IMG/VR virus record: IMGVR_UViG_3300044940_000392
Coordinates: 1-62,237 of that record
Length of the DNA: 62,237 bases
From: a virus
Taxonomy: Duplodnaviria; Caudoviricetes
Reading direction: 5' to 3' (one strand)
The notes under the pieces were generated by a model. The model did not search any database, was not told where the DNA came from, and was given only the letters and a program-made list of their open reading frames with translations. Position numbers and translations under genes: made by a program. How positions within the stretch are numbered: the stretch's first letter is position 1; the number at the start of each line of letters is the position of its first letter. This document shows, piece by piece, positions 9,724 through 19,461 of this stretch.

Positions 9724-10358
9724 TAAATTCGAGCCTTTACATCCTTCCGTTTTCCTGTTTTAGAGGCCCATTCGGGAGTGTTGTCTGAAGAAAAAACTTC
9801 CTCAACGCGAGTTAAAGAAACGAGACCGGATTGAATTAATCGAATTAAAATTGTTCGATAACCCATTTTTGCAACATTCCACGGAATTGTGTATTTTGTC
9901 AACCCGGGCTTTTCGCCTTCGTCAATTTGAATAATTCCATTAATATCGACCCGCGGCGCGTCCATTTTTTTCGGTGTCCACGAAGGATTTAAGCTATCAG
10001 GATCAACGTCAGTAATCGTGCGTGTATTTAATAATGTCCTCTCAGGAACGATACCTTCTTCAAACGCGGCGATGTATTTTTTTGGATTTAATCGAGTATT
10101 ATACACAACCCATATATTTGGTTTTTGTGGATGACGCTCTACTTGAACGTAATATGATAATTGTTCAAGTTTATTTTTAACATCCGTACTTGATAAACAA
10201 TTTCCCATTTGAGATACAACACTCGTCGGATCATTGTCTTTTCCGAGCAGCACGGCATTTTCATACTGACGAAGTGAATCTAAAATTCTTTGATTATCAG
10301 TTTCGACTTGCTTAAAAAAACTATCTGTTTGTAATTGTTCCGTGTCTTTGATTAACAT
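9723..10358 (-). CDS. Hypothetical protein (structural module)
   Basis: 211 aa ORF within the late operon. Confidence 0.65.
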   Translation of the reverse strand: MLIKDTEQLQTDSFFKQVETDNQRILDSLRQYENAVLLGKDNDPTSVVSQMGNCLSSTDVKNKLEQLSYYVQVERHPQKPNIWVVYNTRLNPKKYIAAFEEGIVPERTLLNTRTITDVDPDSLNPSWTPKKMDAPRVDINGIIQIDEGEKPGLTKYTIPWNVAKMGYRTILIRLIQSGLVSLTRVEEVFSSDNTPEWASKTGKRKDVKARI

Positions 10359-10596
10359 ATATCATTTCTTGTCGAAGAGATTTTACTTCAATTGTTAATT
10401 CTTCAATTGAGGAATTTAACACTTTGCCTATTGCTTTTCCTTCTTCAATATCTTTTTGCATTATTTCAAACTTTTGTAAATAAGTTCCGGTTACAAATGA
10501 AAGTGAAATTAAAATTGTAGCAATGGAAATTACCCAACCCATTAATTGACCAAAGGATAGTTTAATTTCATGAACTTTTTCAAATGTATTTTCCAT
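10321..10596 (-). CDS. Single-TM coiled-coil membrane protein, holin-like candidate
   Basis: TM segment LMGWVISIATILISLSFVTG followed by a coiled coil. Confidence 0.5.
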   Translation of the reverse strand: MENTFEKVHEIKLSFGQLMGWVISIATILISLSFVTGTYLQKFEIMQKDIEEGKAIGKVLNSSIEELTIEVKSLRQEMIYVNQRHGTITNR

Positions 10597-11009
10597 TATG
10601 CAGGCACCGGAATAATTGATCCATTGGTTAGTGGAGCATTCAATGTTAATAATGGAAGTGTTACTGTTGCGGAATTTACTGTAAATAAATTGCCCGGCCC
10701 TGCAATAATTCGCATCGTTGAATCAATTATATAATGAACATATTGCGTATTCGGGGGAGTTATATCTTCATTATAAAATAATCCCAGTGCATCATCAAGC
10801 TTACCATCTTGAATGGGAATTAAAGCAAACGACGTGGGGAGAGGTAAATTTTCATCAGTATCGCCGTAGTTTACGTTAATCCATGCAGTTTGAGGAGTTC
10901 CGTCTGCCGTGGGGCGAGTTAATCCAATAATCGCGGCACCGTTGAAGTTAGTCCCGTCCGACCACTGGAAAATCTGTGATTGATCAAATTTACCTATCCG
11001 CGGCGTCAT
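10596..11009 (-). CDS. Hypothetical virion protein (beta-sandwich-like)
   Basis: 137 aa ORF, TAATG-coupled; N.DITP.NT.Y motif seen in tail-associated proteins. Confidence 0.6.
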   Translation of the reverse strand: MTPRIGKFDQSQIFQWSDGTNFNGAAIIGLTRPTADGTPQTAWINVNYGDTDENLPLPTSFALIPIQDGKLDDALGLFYNEDITPPNTQYVHYIIDSTMRIIAGPGNLFTVNSATVTLPLLTLNAPLTNGSIIPVPA

Positions 11010-11539
11010 TATAGCCCAAGTACCTTTTTAATCGCGGCTAAATCAGAAAGAACTTGCGCTTCAAAAGCAGGATTATTTCCTCCCGCCGAAGAGCGCGTTT
11101 CAAGATATTTCTTGTACTTTTCCTTATTTCGCGCTACAACAGAAAAACCATCAGGCGAGCGTACAATATCGTACTCATTGACGAAATTATCTCTAAGCGG
11201 GCGGTTTTGTTTCAGAATTAAAGGTTTTCCAGTAAAGTTAAAATCCTTCGGAGGAATATTTACTAAAGGCGCGTCAGTGCGAAGCATTAGGATTAATTCA
11301 GTAACATATTTCCCTTCTGCATCATACAACCAATTGCCGTTTTCATCCACAGCAACGGTATCAAATAAAATTTGACGTGAAGTAGATGCAGGAGCATTTA
11401 ACGTCCAAAGTTTAATTGGTTTACGTTCATCAAAAGGCGGAGGGTCGATATTAAACGCTTTTTTATACTCTTCGGGAGTTGCGTACTCAGGTACTAAAAA
11501 ATGTGGTTCAAGAGGTTCAAGTGTATCGATGTATTGCAT
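11009..11539 (-). CDS. Hypothetical protein
   Basis: 176 aa ORF, first after the capsid terminator, with a structured ~100 nt leader. Confidence 0.65.
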   Translation of the reverse strand: MQYIDTLEPLEPHFLVPEYATPEEYKKAFNIDPPPFDERKPIKLWTLNAPASTSRQILFDTVAVDENGNWLYDAEGKYVTELILMLRTDAPLVNIPPKDFNFTGKPLILKQNRPLRDNFVNEYDIVRSPDGFSVVARNKEKYKKYLETRSSAGGNNPAFEAQVLSDLAAIKKVLGL

Positions 11540-11687
11540 AGGATTCTTATTTACAGGGGATTACTTGCCCGTCAGAAGCAACCCCCCGCAAATCGGTTAT
11601 GATCGCCCCCTTTCGGTTAAGTGTAGCATAAACAGCCTTTCTAAATATATTGTATCATAGCCTTTTAGTTGTCTATAATTTTTAGAT

Positions 11688-11718
11688 AAAAAAATATCCC
11701 CGATTTCTCAGGGATATC
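11688..11718 (-). terminator. Intrinsic terminator after the major capsid gene
   Basis: ATATCCC/GGGATAT stem plus U-tract on the minus strand. Confidence 0.8.
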
Positions 11719-11739
11719 TTTTTGCACGGAAGAAACTAA

Positions 11740-12738
11740 TTATCCAAGAGTAGAAACTTGATCGATGGTACGAGAGCGATAAACACCCCCGATACCCGCA
11801 GGACCTTCAACGAAACAACCTGTAGTTACGAAGTTGTACGAAACGGCCCCGCCGATCTTACCTTCAGGATCATAAAGAGTAGCGCCCTGACGGCCTACGA
11901 CGTTGATCTTGAATTTCTGTGTCTTAGGATCAGTGACTTTGGAAGGACCGCGGCCCGCTAGATCAATTTTCTTTAGACCGCCCTTACCGAAGATATATGT
12001 ACGATATTGACCACTGTTTGTGAAAACGTTAGTGCTTTCAAGAATTCGAGTAGTAGCGATATCTGCAACCCAACCGCGATCTTCTTGCTTGAGAAGCGGA
12101 GAATTCTTAGCCCCGCCGCCCGCCATTTGATACTTATTAATATCAGCAAGCCCGTTAGCAGTTGGATCATTTACAAGGTCAAAAGTGATAAACGGGTGCA
12201 TGATACAGAAGTAAAAACCGTCATCAAAAGGTTCAACGTCATTTGCAGAGAGAACCGCTTTGACACCGCGGAGATCCTCAACAGTAAATACAGAACCGAG
12301 GGGAGAAAATACGGTCGAAGCGGCTTGCGCGTCGATGATATTTCGGAACATTGTATCTACGGATAGGCCCGCACGATAGCCAAGCAGTTCAGCGTAGTGA
12401 TTTACTTGAGGATCATACGCGGTATCGACTAGGAAATCAGAAAGGTTAATGTAATTCGCAAACTGAGTAAGAGTTGCACTTACGGTGCGCGAATTTACAG
12501 TTAGAGATGTACCAACAGTTCCTTCCGCAGTGGGAACGGTGGACGCGGACATATTCTGATAACGGTACATTGTAACAACGCGGCCTTCTTGTTTAGGCAT
12601 TGTTTCGTTATCAAAAGCATCACAGAAACGGAATTTCTTCATTAGCCGATCAAGCGCGGTTCGGTTGTAATAAACCTTTCCGGCAATGTGAGCTAGACCG
12701 GGGGATGTAGTTTGCATACCAGCAGGTGTATAAGACAT
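11740..12738 (-). CDS. Major capsid protein (N4-gp56-like, HK97 fold)
   Basis: YYNR..L / MPKQEG..V...RY / EG..G / QFANYI.LSD / HP....DL motifs; follows portal and scaffold; own promoter and terminator. Confidence 0.9.
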   Translation of the reverse strand: MSYTPAGMQTTSPGLAHIAGKVYYNRTALDRLMKKFRFCDAFDNETMPKQEGRVVTMYRYQNMSASTVPTAEGTVGTSLTVNSRTVSATLTQFANYINLSDFLVDTAYDPQVNHYAELLGYRAGLSVDTMFRNIIDAQAASTVFSPLGSVFTVEDLRGVKAVLSANDVEPFDDGFYFCIMHPFITFDLVNDPTANGLADINKYQMAGGGAKNSPLLKQEDRGWVADIATTRILESTNVFTNSGQYRTYIFGKGGLKKIDLAGRGPSKVTDPKTQKFKINVVGRQGATLYDPEGKIGGAVSYNFVTTGCFVEGPAGIGGVYRSRTIDQVSTLG

Positions 12739-12787
12739 AGATAATTGTTACCTTACAAGAATATCATAACATATAACATATAAAAAT

Positions 12788-12821
12788 AAAAAAAGAGGAT
12801 ATTTCTATCCTCTTTTTTTTT
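12788..12821. terminator. Bidirectional intrinsic terminator after the scaffold gene
   Basis: A7-GAGGATA-TTTC-TATCCTC-T9. Confidence 0.8.
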
Positions 12822-12838
12822 ATTATTTTGTTTAATTT

Positions 12839-13624
12839 TTACTGACGAATTAGCGCTTCAAGTTGTGAATTATCTAATCGATTCAGATATTCTTCAATAT
12901 CTCCTTCGGGAAGCATTGGTGTTGCTGTGCGGTTTACAGTTGGCGGGGGCGCAAATTGATTTTGGTTATAACCATAAGTCTGAGGAGGTCCATAGTTTTG
13001 ACTCAAGTTTTGTTGTTGAGGAGTTTGAATTAAGCCATAAGAAGTAGCAACGCGATATGCAGCTTCTAGTCCTTCAAAGGTAAGAGGGATGTTTAACTGA
13101 TTTGCCACGCCTCTAAGAATTTGCGCGTTTTGGTCAGTATTTTGAAACTCCGGGTGTGCGTTTAGAAACTTATAGGCCGTAAGCTGATGTTCAAGTGCGG
13201 CGACATTATTAAGCTTTTCTTTAATCGCTGGAGGAACGCGCTCAGGACCATACCGAACTTCGTCAAGATAATTGAAAGCTTCAATTGGGTTTTCTTGAAT
13301 AAGTTTTACAAATTTTTCGCGGTCAAAAGATGGTTCATTTTGATTTTTTGAAGCTGGAGTTTCGGATTGATATCTTTTCAACTCTTCCATTTGGGAAAGA
13401 AGTTCTGCTTGGTTTTGAGCAACGGCGGAAAATGCGTTGTTAATTGCAGTATTCATTTCTTCCACAGAAGAAAATACATAATCCGTGCCGCCAATGTTTA
13501 GCTTAATTTCCTGTTTTGGCCTTGCATCTTCATCATTTTCGATGTTAATGCCCGCCGCTTTAAGCTGTTCATTAACTGCGTTTTTAATTAATTGTTCGTC
13601 TACCATATTGTCTGAGTAACTCAT
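12839..13624 (-). CDS. Putative capsid scaffolding protein
   Basis: Helical acidic 261 aa protein between portal and capsid genes. Confidence 0.7.
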   Translation of the reverse strand: MSYSDNMVDEQLIKNAVNEQLKAAGINIENDEDARPKQEIKLNIGGTDYVFSSVEEMNTAINNAFSAVAQNQAELLSQMEELKRYQSETPASKNQNEPSFDREKFVKLIQENPIEAFNYLDEVRYGPERVPPAIKEKLNNVAALEHQLTAYKFLNAHPEFQNTDQNAQILRGVANQLNIPLTFEGLEAAYRVATSYGLIQTPQQQNLSQNYGPPQTYGYNQNQFAPPPTVNRTATPMLPEGDIEEYLNRLDNSQLEALIRQ

Positions 13625-13657
13625 TTCTGTATTTATTGTATCAAAAGTTGCCTAAAA

Positions 13658-13924
13658 TTAAAGAGCCTCTTCGATTGGAATTCGATAAGTATCTTCATAT
13701 GTTTGCTTTGCCTCATCAGGGGCGGTTATCAGCATCGAGTAAAGCATGTTTAGAGCCTTCCATTGCGAATGAGTAATTATAATCTCATCTGGATCATTTT
13801 TCTCTACTAGATCTCGCTGAACTTCTTTAAGTTTTTCCATAAAAGTATCACAAAGCGTTGTGAAGCCTTTGTTAAAACGAAGCCGATATACTTCAATTAA
13901 AATATTTTTTTCGTTTTGATCCAT
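13658..13924 (-). CDS. Hypothetical small protein after portal
   Basis: 88 aa helical ORF, TAATG-coupled to the portal gene. Confidence 0.65.
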   Translation of the reverse strand: MDQNEKNILIEVYRLRFNKGFTTLCDTFMEKLKEVQRDLVEKNDPDEIIITHSQWKALNMLYSMLITAPDEAKQTYEDTYRIPIEEAL

Positions 13925-16137
13925 TATTTATTCTTTTTCTCCGGTTTTTGTGATTCATTAATGCGTGGTTTCATCATAGCACGCATTTTGTCCAATTCAA
14001 GTTGTTGATTATTCTTTTTAGCTGTAAATTCAAGATTAGAAGCCGACATTAAAGAGTCTATTAACATCTTCTGTCGAGAAGCTACGGCGTCATTTTGAAT
14101 TTTGTTTTGTGTTGCTTGTGCTTGTAATTCGGACTGAGCGCGCTTTGCTTGAATCTGTTGTTGATTCTTTTCGCGCTCAGCTTGAATTTTAATTTGTGCT
14201 AGTTCTTTTTCAAATTGTAATTTCATTTGATTGAAAAGCATTTCCGTCTGCATTTCCATTTGAGCCTTTTGTTGCTCAATTTGCAGCAGCGCTGGATCAG
14301 TTTGTTTTTGCATCTGAACTTTTTGCAGTTCAGTTTGTGATTTCATTTGTTGAATCTGAACACGAGTCTGGAGATCCGCGTTTTGTTTTTGTTGTTGCGC
14401 TTGCTGTGCTTGTTGCTGCGCTTGTTGCCGTTGTTGAATTTCTTCTGGCGAAAGCGGGCGGATTAGTGTGTATTTTTCAGAAGTGCCCGCCGCATCTTGT
14501 AAAAATCGTAGAAGTTCATTTGGATCAACTGTTTGATTTGCATTACCAAGCTGTTCGAGAAATGGCCCGTTTAGCAAATATTGTGTAATAAACGGAAAAA
14601 TTTGTAAAAGCTTTTCCCGCGTAACCATTTTTGAAGAAGCGCGGATTACAAAATTTACACGAGAATTAAATACCTGTGCTGGAATACGGTACATTTGACC
14701 GTCTGCTGTGCGGGCATCGAGGAAATCATACATTCCAGTGTGCAGTGAAATCATATGATATAGTTTGTATAACATTGGAATTAGCATGTAATTTTCAATG
14801 TTTTCAACAATATCAAGTAACCGCATTGATCCGCCAGAAACTTGAGCATTAACGCCCGTCGCGGTTCGATTTACATTACCGCCGCGGGGAACGCCCATAC
14901 CGAAACCGTTAATACCTGTACGTCGTTCTGCCGCGTTTTGAATAAATTCAATTTCGCTGAACACGTTTGGAATTACGTCTTGCGGTTGGACGAGATCATA
15001 ATCAGTTTTATCATCAACAGTTACAATCTTGCCCGGATGCCACCGATTATTTCCCGGAGTATTAAGTGTTGATCGTTTCATTAAACGCGGCGGTTCAAGG
15101 GATAAATGAATTCGATCCAAACGGGCATTTAATAATGCTTCAATGTATCGTTGATTATGCTCCTGTACGTCTGGAATTCCCATTGCGTACCAACGACCGG
15201 GATAAATGTAACACGGCGCAAAACAGAAAGGGATAAATTTATACGGATTACGTTCGTTATAAACAACAACTTTACGATTTAAAACCCAGATGATTCGATC
15301 TTTTGAGTAAAAAATTAAACACTCGATTAAACGATCCGACGGGTTAGCCGGAATGTCAGTGGAGTTTGGGAAATAACTCCGCCCTTGGATAGCTTCTTGT
15401 TGCGATTTTGTTTGATCCGCGGTTGCATACGGAGATTGTGTTGAAAGAGTGTAGAGTTCGTTATCGTCGGGAATTTTCATATTCGGGACGCCGCGATACT
15501 CGATTAGTTCTTTAACTGTAAACATTTTGCGCCGAATAATGCTTCGCGCTTCATCAAGATTTGGAACGCTCAAACCCGGATCAACGTAGATATCTCGTAA
15601 ATCAACCCATGAAAGAATTGGACGTTTTTGAACATCATTCCATTCAATAAAAACCCCTCCGTTTCCGCGGTAGATAACATCTTTTGTAGCAAGTTTTAAT
15701 TCATTAATCCCCGTTCCACCAAAGTCATTTCTTGCATGTTCTAGAATAAATCGTAAATGATCCTCAATCATTACGAGATTCTGTGGCGGCGTTCCCCGGC
15801 CCGCTTCAACGTCAAACCATTCGCCGGAACCAAAAAGAGCTTGGGAAATAGACGGATGCGCGGATTCGATTTGATCGAATGTTAAATTAAATGGAATCGA
15901 TGAACGCGGAATATTTGTATTTGGCCAAACTTTTGCTGGAACGAAACCCGTGTATAGCCGATCTTGTTCGTTAAACCGCCGATCATGGTTAATGAATCTG
16001 TAAGATTCGTAATTAGAAAACGTCTGGGTTACGAGTTGAAGCGCATAGGTATTTTTAATTGCATCGAGAGGAGATACAAGAGGTTCATTATCTAAATTTT
16101 CATGTGGAAGTTCTGGAATGTGTTTTAATTCGGGCAT
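13924..16137 (-). CDS. Portal protein (P22-like with C-terminal Q-rich barrel)
   Basis: 737 aa; D.YVDP, NPY...PF, TATG motifs; long Q-rich coiled-coil tail; follows the terminase. Confidence 0.9.
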   Translation of the reverse strand: MPELKHIPELPHENLDNEPLVSPLDAIKNTYALQLVTQTFSNYESYRFINHDRRFNEQDRLYTGFVPAKVWPNTNIPRSSIPFNLTFDQIESAHPSISQALFGSGEWFDVEAGRGTPPQNLVMIEDHLRFILEHARNDFGGTGINELKLATKDVIYRGNGGVFIEWNDVQKRPILSWVDLRDIYVDPGLSVPNLDEARSIIRRKMFTVKELIEYRGVPNMKIPDDNELYTLSTQSPYATADQTKSQQEAIQGRSYFPNSTDIPANPSDRLIECLIFYSKDRIIWVLNRKVVVYNERNPYKFIPFCFAPCYIYPGRWYAMGIPDVQEHNQRYIEALLNARLDRIHLSLEPPRLMKRSTLNTPGNNRWHPGKIVTVDDKTDYDLVQPQDVIPNVFSEIEFIQNAAERRTGINGFGMGVPRGGNVNRTATGVNAQVSGGSMRLLDIVENIENYMLIPMLYKLYHMISLHTGMYDFLDARTADGQMYRIPAQVFNSRVNFVIRASSKMVTREKLLQIFPFITQYLLNGPFLEQLGNANQTVDPNELLRFLQDAAGTSEKYTLIRPLSPEEIQQRQQAQQQAQQAQQQKQNADLQTRVQIQQMKSQTELQKVQMQKQTDPALLQIEQQKAQMEMQTEMLFNQMKLQFEKELAQIKIQAEREKNQQQIQAKRAQSELQAQATQNKIQNDAVASRQKMLIDSLMSASNLEFTAKKNNQQLELDKMRAMMKPRINESQKPEKKNK

Positions 16138-16289
16138 TGATCGTCTTTCTTATCTTTAGTTAATTGCGCCGCGATATCAATAGACTTGGATAAAACTATC
16201 GGAACTGGCACACCGAGTCCTTCAATTTTATCCTTCGCCTTGTCAGTAATTTGTAGCGCTTTTTTGATTTTTTTCCAAAACGTTTTCAT
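16125..16289 (-). CDS. Small amphipathic basic protein (54 aa, not in ORF track)
   Basis: MKTFWKKIKKALQITDKAKDKIEGLGVPVPIVLSKSIDIAAQLTKDKKDDQCPN; fills the terminase-portal gap. Confidence 0.55.
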   Translation of the reverse strand: MKTFWKKIKKALQITDKAKDKIEGLGVPVPIVLSKSIDIAAQLTKDKKDDQCPN

Positions 16290-16300
16290 ACATTTTTATT

Positions 16301-18565
16301 TTACCAAGGGACGCCAGAAAGTTTAGGAATACCTTCTGTTGTATAATACTCCGCATCCTCATCCCAGGGTGAAAGAATTCCTAGCGCTGCTTCCTCCATT
16401 TTTGATTTGTAAATTTCAATTTCAGGCTTAGCATCAAGCCGCCCGAAGTATTCTTTTCCGTTAAAAAAATCTGATAAACAGTCAAGAATATCATCGTTCG
16501 GAGAATTCGGAAATTGAATTAATTGTTTTTTCAATGCCTCTAAAGCTTCAATATTTGACAAAAACCTCATTTCGCGGTTAATGTACCACGGTTGAAGTGT
16601 TTTTAAAATTCGTTCAGTTTTGCTTAATGACGTATCGCGTTTAATGAATTCCAGAGGGAGCTTGAAACCTGGGTATTTTTTCTGTAAAACTTCTTCTTCG
16701 CGCCCGATTGCGGCGTTTAAACCGCGGACGAACCCCGTTTCTTCAATTTTAATTTTTAATACAGGAGATATTTTCGATTTATTCCACTTAATATATAAAG
16801 CCAATAAATTTGAAACGATCTGGTTTGGCAACCATTTTCCATAAATGATATCCACGATGTAAGGTCGTCCGCTTTTCGACCACGCCGCAACAGCCATTGC
16901 TGTATAATCCGACCGCCCGCCTACTGTTTCTGCTGTATCGACGGAAATTTCGTAATGAGATACTCGGATATTTTGTTTGAATTTATCCTCGTCGATTAAT
17001 GCAGGATAATTCTCCTTAGGATCGACCGGGAATAATACTTGTCCATCGACGCCGCCTATAGGAAAATTCAATTGCTGTGAATTGCTAGAAGCATACCCTT
17101 GTGAAATGTAGTTTCCGGTTTCAGTTTCAAGTGCGTACACAGTTTCAGTTGAATGATATGTAATATCAAGAATTTTAACTTTAGTACCAAAATGGCTTGC
17201 CCGATTTTCTAAATTTTTATAAATTAATTCTTTTTTACCAAGAATTCCATGAACAGCAAATAATCTCCATAATTCACTTCCAATTTTTGGAACATCATAT
17301 ATTTTTTTACCACCGCCGCGCTTTCCCATGTACCATTTATGATCTAGGGTGCAATATATATTTTCTCCATTTGAAAGAGATAGTTTATATACGTCTGCGG
17401 TTTTAGAAAAAACAGCCTTAACTTTTGTTTTTATTAACCGTGGAGTTTCAGACGGAACATATACATTATCAAATCCAATAATTTCATCTCCAACCTTAAT
17501 AGTGGAAATATCACTTTCTGACCAATCGGCTTTTAAGATTTTAGCCCAAGAGGGCGTACAAGAAAACGTCGCTTGGTCTGTGCGTTCCATTTCTTCGAGT
17601 TTCTGTAATGTAAATCTTTCTGGCCATACAGGGATGCGTTTTCCTTCTTTATCTTTTTTAAAGGGAAGGTTTTGCTCTTCCGGAGTATACTCAGGAGGTT
17701 TTTCACCTGTGTCTCGCTCAAAGCACGCACGGACGTACATAAGATACTCAGGTTCTCGATTCTCTTTTTTTGCCTTTTCATATCCTTCGATAATTTTTCC
17801 ATAAACGTCTCCGAAATTATATCTTGTCCCTTCTACGTCAATCCAGTACGACGGCGCGACGAGAAGATTTTCAGCCATATAAAAAGATTTTGCAACTTTA
17901 TCTAACATGTCGCCATAACAATTATTTGGATCGACAATATCAGAAAATTTTATGACATCAAAGTGAAGCCCGGCAGTGCCTTTTTCAATTGATCCCGCCA
18001 GCACCGAAGGTTCTTTACGCATTGATGTAATGTCATAAAATGGGCGGATATTAAATTGCCCGACTTTACCGAAATCATTTACTGATTTTTGCGGGCAAAG
18101 TTCGGGAAATAATTGACGAAGCCGCGGGTTATGTCGAAAGTGATCGCGGATTTCATCTACGATCATATTACCTTTATCAAGGTTTGATTGGATAATATGT
18201 ATCGCCGCGTCGGGATAATTTAACAACCACTGAATTGTGTGCGCTTGGCAATTAATTGTGGTTTTTAAATGTCCGCGGGAGTCAAGAATAAGCCTGCGGC
18301 GCTTTCCGGGAAGTTTTACAAATTCTTTTAATGTATATATCGGTTTATATTTCCAACGCCCGTTTTCGTAAATATCATTAGCTTCAAACTGTTCACGCGT
18401 CGGTTTGGGAAATGCTTGAAGAGTTTTTATTAATCCTCCGTGTACTTTATCCGAAACATCGACGTACCCGAGAATTTCGTTACAGAGATAAATTAAATCA
18501 AACCGTGCAAGCCATCGCGCTTTTCTCCAAGCAACTACCTCCTGCGCGGATATTTTTTGTTTCAT
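16301..18565 (-). CDS. terL: Terminase large subunit, intein-containing
   Basis: Walker-A-like SRGHLKTT, GLHFDVIKFSD, GTRY coupling motif, nuclease ISVDTA...SDYTA, IEE, FP..PNDD..D. Confidence 0.93.
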   Translation of the reverse strand: MKQKISAQEVVAWRKARWLARFDLIYLCNEILGYVDVSDKVHGGLIKTLQAFPKPTREQFEANDIYENGRWKYKPIYTLKEFVKLPGKRRRLILDSRGHLKTTINCQAHTIQWLLNYPDAAIHIIQSNLDKGNMIVDEIRDHFRHNPRLRQLFPELCPQKSVNDFGKVGQFNIRPFYDITSMRKEPSVLAGSIEKGTAGLHFDVIKFSDIVDPNNCYGDMLDKVAKSFYMAENLLVAPSYWIDVEGTRYNFGDVYGKIIEGYEKAKKENREPEYLMYVRACFERDTGEKPPEYTPEEQNLPFKKDKEGKRIPVWPERFTLQKLEEMERTDQATFSCTPSWAKILKADWSESDISTIKVGDEIIGFDNVYVPSETPRLIKTKVKAVFSKTADVYKLSLSNGENIYCTLDHKWYMGKRGGGKKIYDVPKIGSELWRLFAVHGILGKKELIYKNLENRASHFGTKVKILDITYHSTETVYALETETGNYISQGYASSNSQQLNFPIGGVDGQVLFPVDPKENYPALIDEDKFKQNIRVSHYEISVDTAETVGGRSDYTAMAVAAWSKSGRPYIVDIIYGKWLPNQIVSNLLALYIKWNKSKISPVLKIKIEETGFVRGLNAAIGREEEVLQKKYPGFKLPLEFIKRDTSLSKTERILKTLQPWYINREMRFLSNIEALEALKKQLIQFPNSPNDDILDCLSDFFNGKEYFGRLDAKPEIEIYKSKMEEAALGILSPWDEDAEYYTTEGIPKLSGVPW
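17081..17560 (-). mobile_element. Mini-intein (160 aa, no homing endonuclease) in terminase
   Basis: Begins with Cys (CTPSWAKILKAD...IKVGDEI); block B CTLDHKWY; blocks F/G TVYALETETGNYISQGYASSN; +1 Ser; spliced extein reads ...ATFS/SQQLNFP. Confidence 0.88.
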
Positions 18566-18567
18566 GA

Positions 18568-18807
18568 TTAAGAATAAGGAATGTCGTTTTCAGAAGTTTT
18601 CGGAAAGGTGTCGAAGCCTGTTTTTGATTGTTTAATTTTAACAATTAAAGCAATCGGGGTTATTGGAGAAATTACACAAGAATATTGTTCAAGACGTGTG
18701 AATATTGCTTCGGGAATATTTTTAGGAGAGGGGAGTACAGGAATAGTGTATCCGCGTGACAACACAAATGAACCAAGCCCTGATACCCCCGGAACTCCCG
18801 AAATCAT
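18568..18807 (-). CDS. Hypothetical protein
   Basis: 79 aa ORF that tiles between its neighbours on the late strand. Confidence 0.5.
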   Translation of the reverse strand: MISGVPGVSGLGSFVLSRGYTIPVLPSPKNIPEAIFTRLEQYSCVISPITPIALIVKIKQSKTGFDTFPKTSENDIPYS

Positions 18808-18812
18808 AGATA

Positions 18813-19085
18813 TTAAAGCGCGACGATATTAAAAGTAATTGTCGGGGGATCAATTGCCGCGTTTGTTAAATTACCAAGACGAACAATTACAGTTCCGGGT
18901 GTGGTGCAATATGCGTCAGAAATGACAAGATTTGCATTAAGCCCAGAAGCGGACACTAAGTAAAAATGATCTTTAGGTGCGCCCGGCGCGGGGATTGAAA
19001 TATTTGTTGTTGCGTTTGCCGCGCAAGAAGGAACGTTAAAAGGAATCTTAGCAATAAAAGATGGATTAATAGCGGTTTTAAACAT
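18813..19085 (-). CDS. Small beta-rich virion protein
   Basis: GA..D / V.VRL.N.T.AAIDP pattern seen in phage decoration/tail domains. Confidence 0.65.
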   Translation of the reverse strand: MFKTAINPSFIAKIPFNVPSCAANATTNISIPAPGAPKDHFYLVSASGLNANLVISDAYCTTPGTVIVRLGNLTNAAIDPPTITFNIVAL

Positions 19086-19105
19086 TTTTATTTCCTATTT
19101 CTATT

Positions 19106-19444
19106 TTAGTACAATTCAATCTGACAAAGCGGGGCTGTAATTGCATTTGAAGAAACAAATCTCACGTATGGAATTTTTTCTAAAATCCATGGTGGAAATG
19201 TTACAAGAAAATTACCTGCCCCGGTTGGAAGAGTGAAGTTTTGGTTTGGGGAAGTTGATGCGGAAATATGTACAACTACATTGAAAAATAAAGTACCGTT
19301 AAAAGAACCTTGTACTGTAATAGTTCCAGAAGCATTTGAATCTAGAACTTTAACCGCGCTTACCGGTTTAATTCCTTTCTTAATTACAGTAGAAGTTGTT
19401 TGGTTATTATTAATAGTCGCAGAATGTAAAGCGGGAAATGACAT
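19106..19444 (-). CDS. Small jelly-roll-like virion protein
   Basis: TITVQGS.NG..F ... YVRF pattern. Confidence 0.6.
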   Translation of the reverse strand: MSFPALHSATINNNQTTSTVIKKGIKPVSAVKVLDSNASGTITVQGSFNGTLFFNVVVHISASTSPNQNFTLPTGAGNFLVTFPPWILEKIPYVRFVSSNAITAPLCQIELY

Positions 19445-19461
19445 ATTATTCTCTATCTTTA

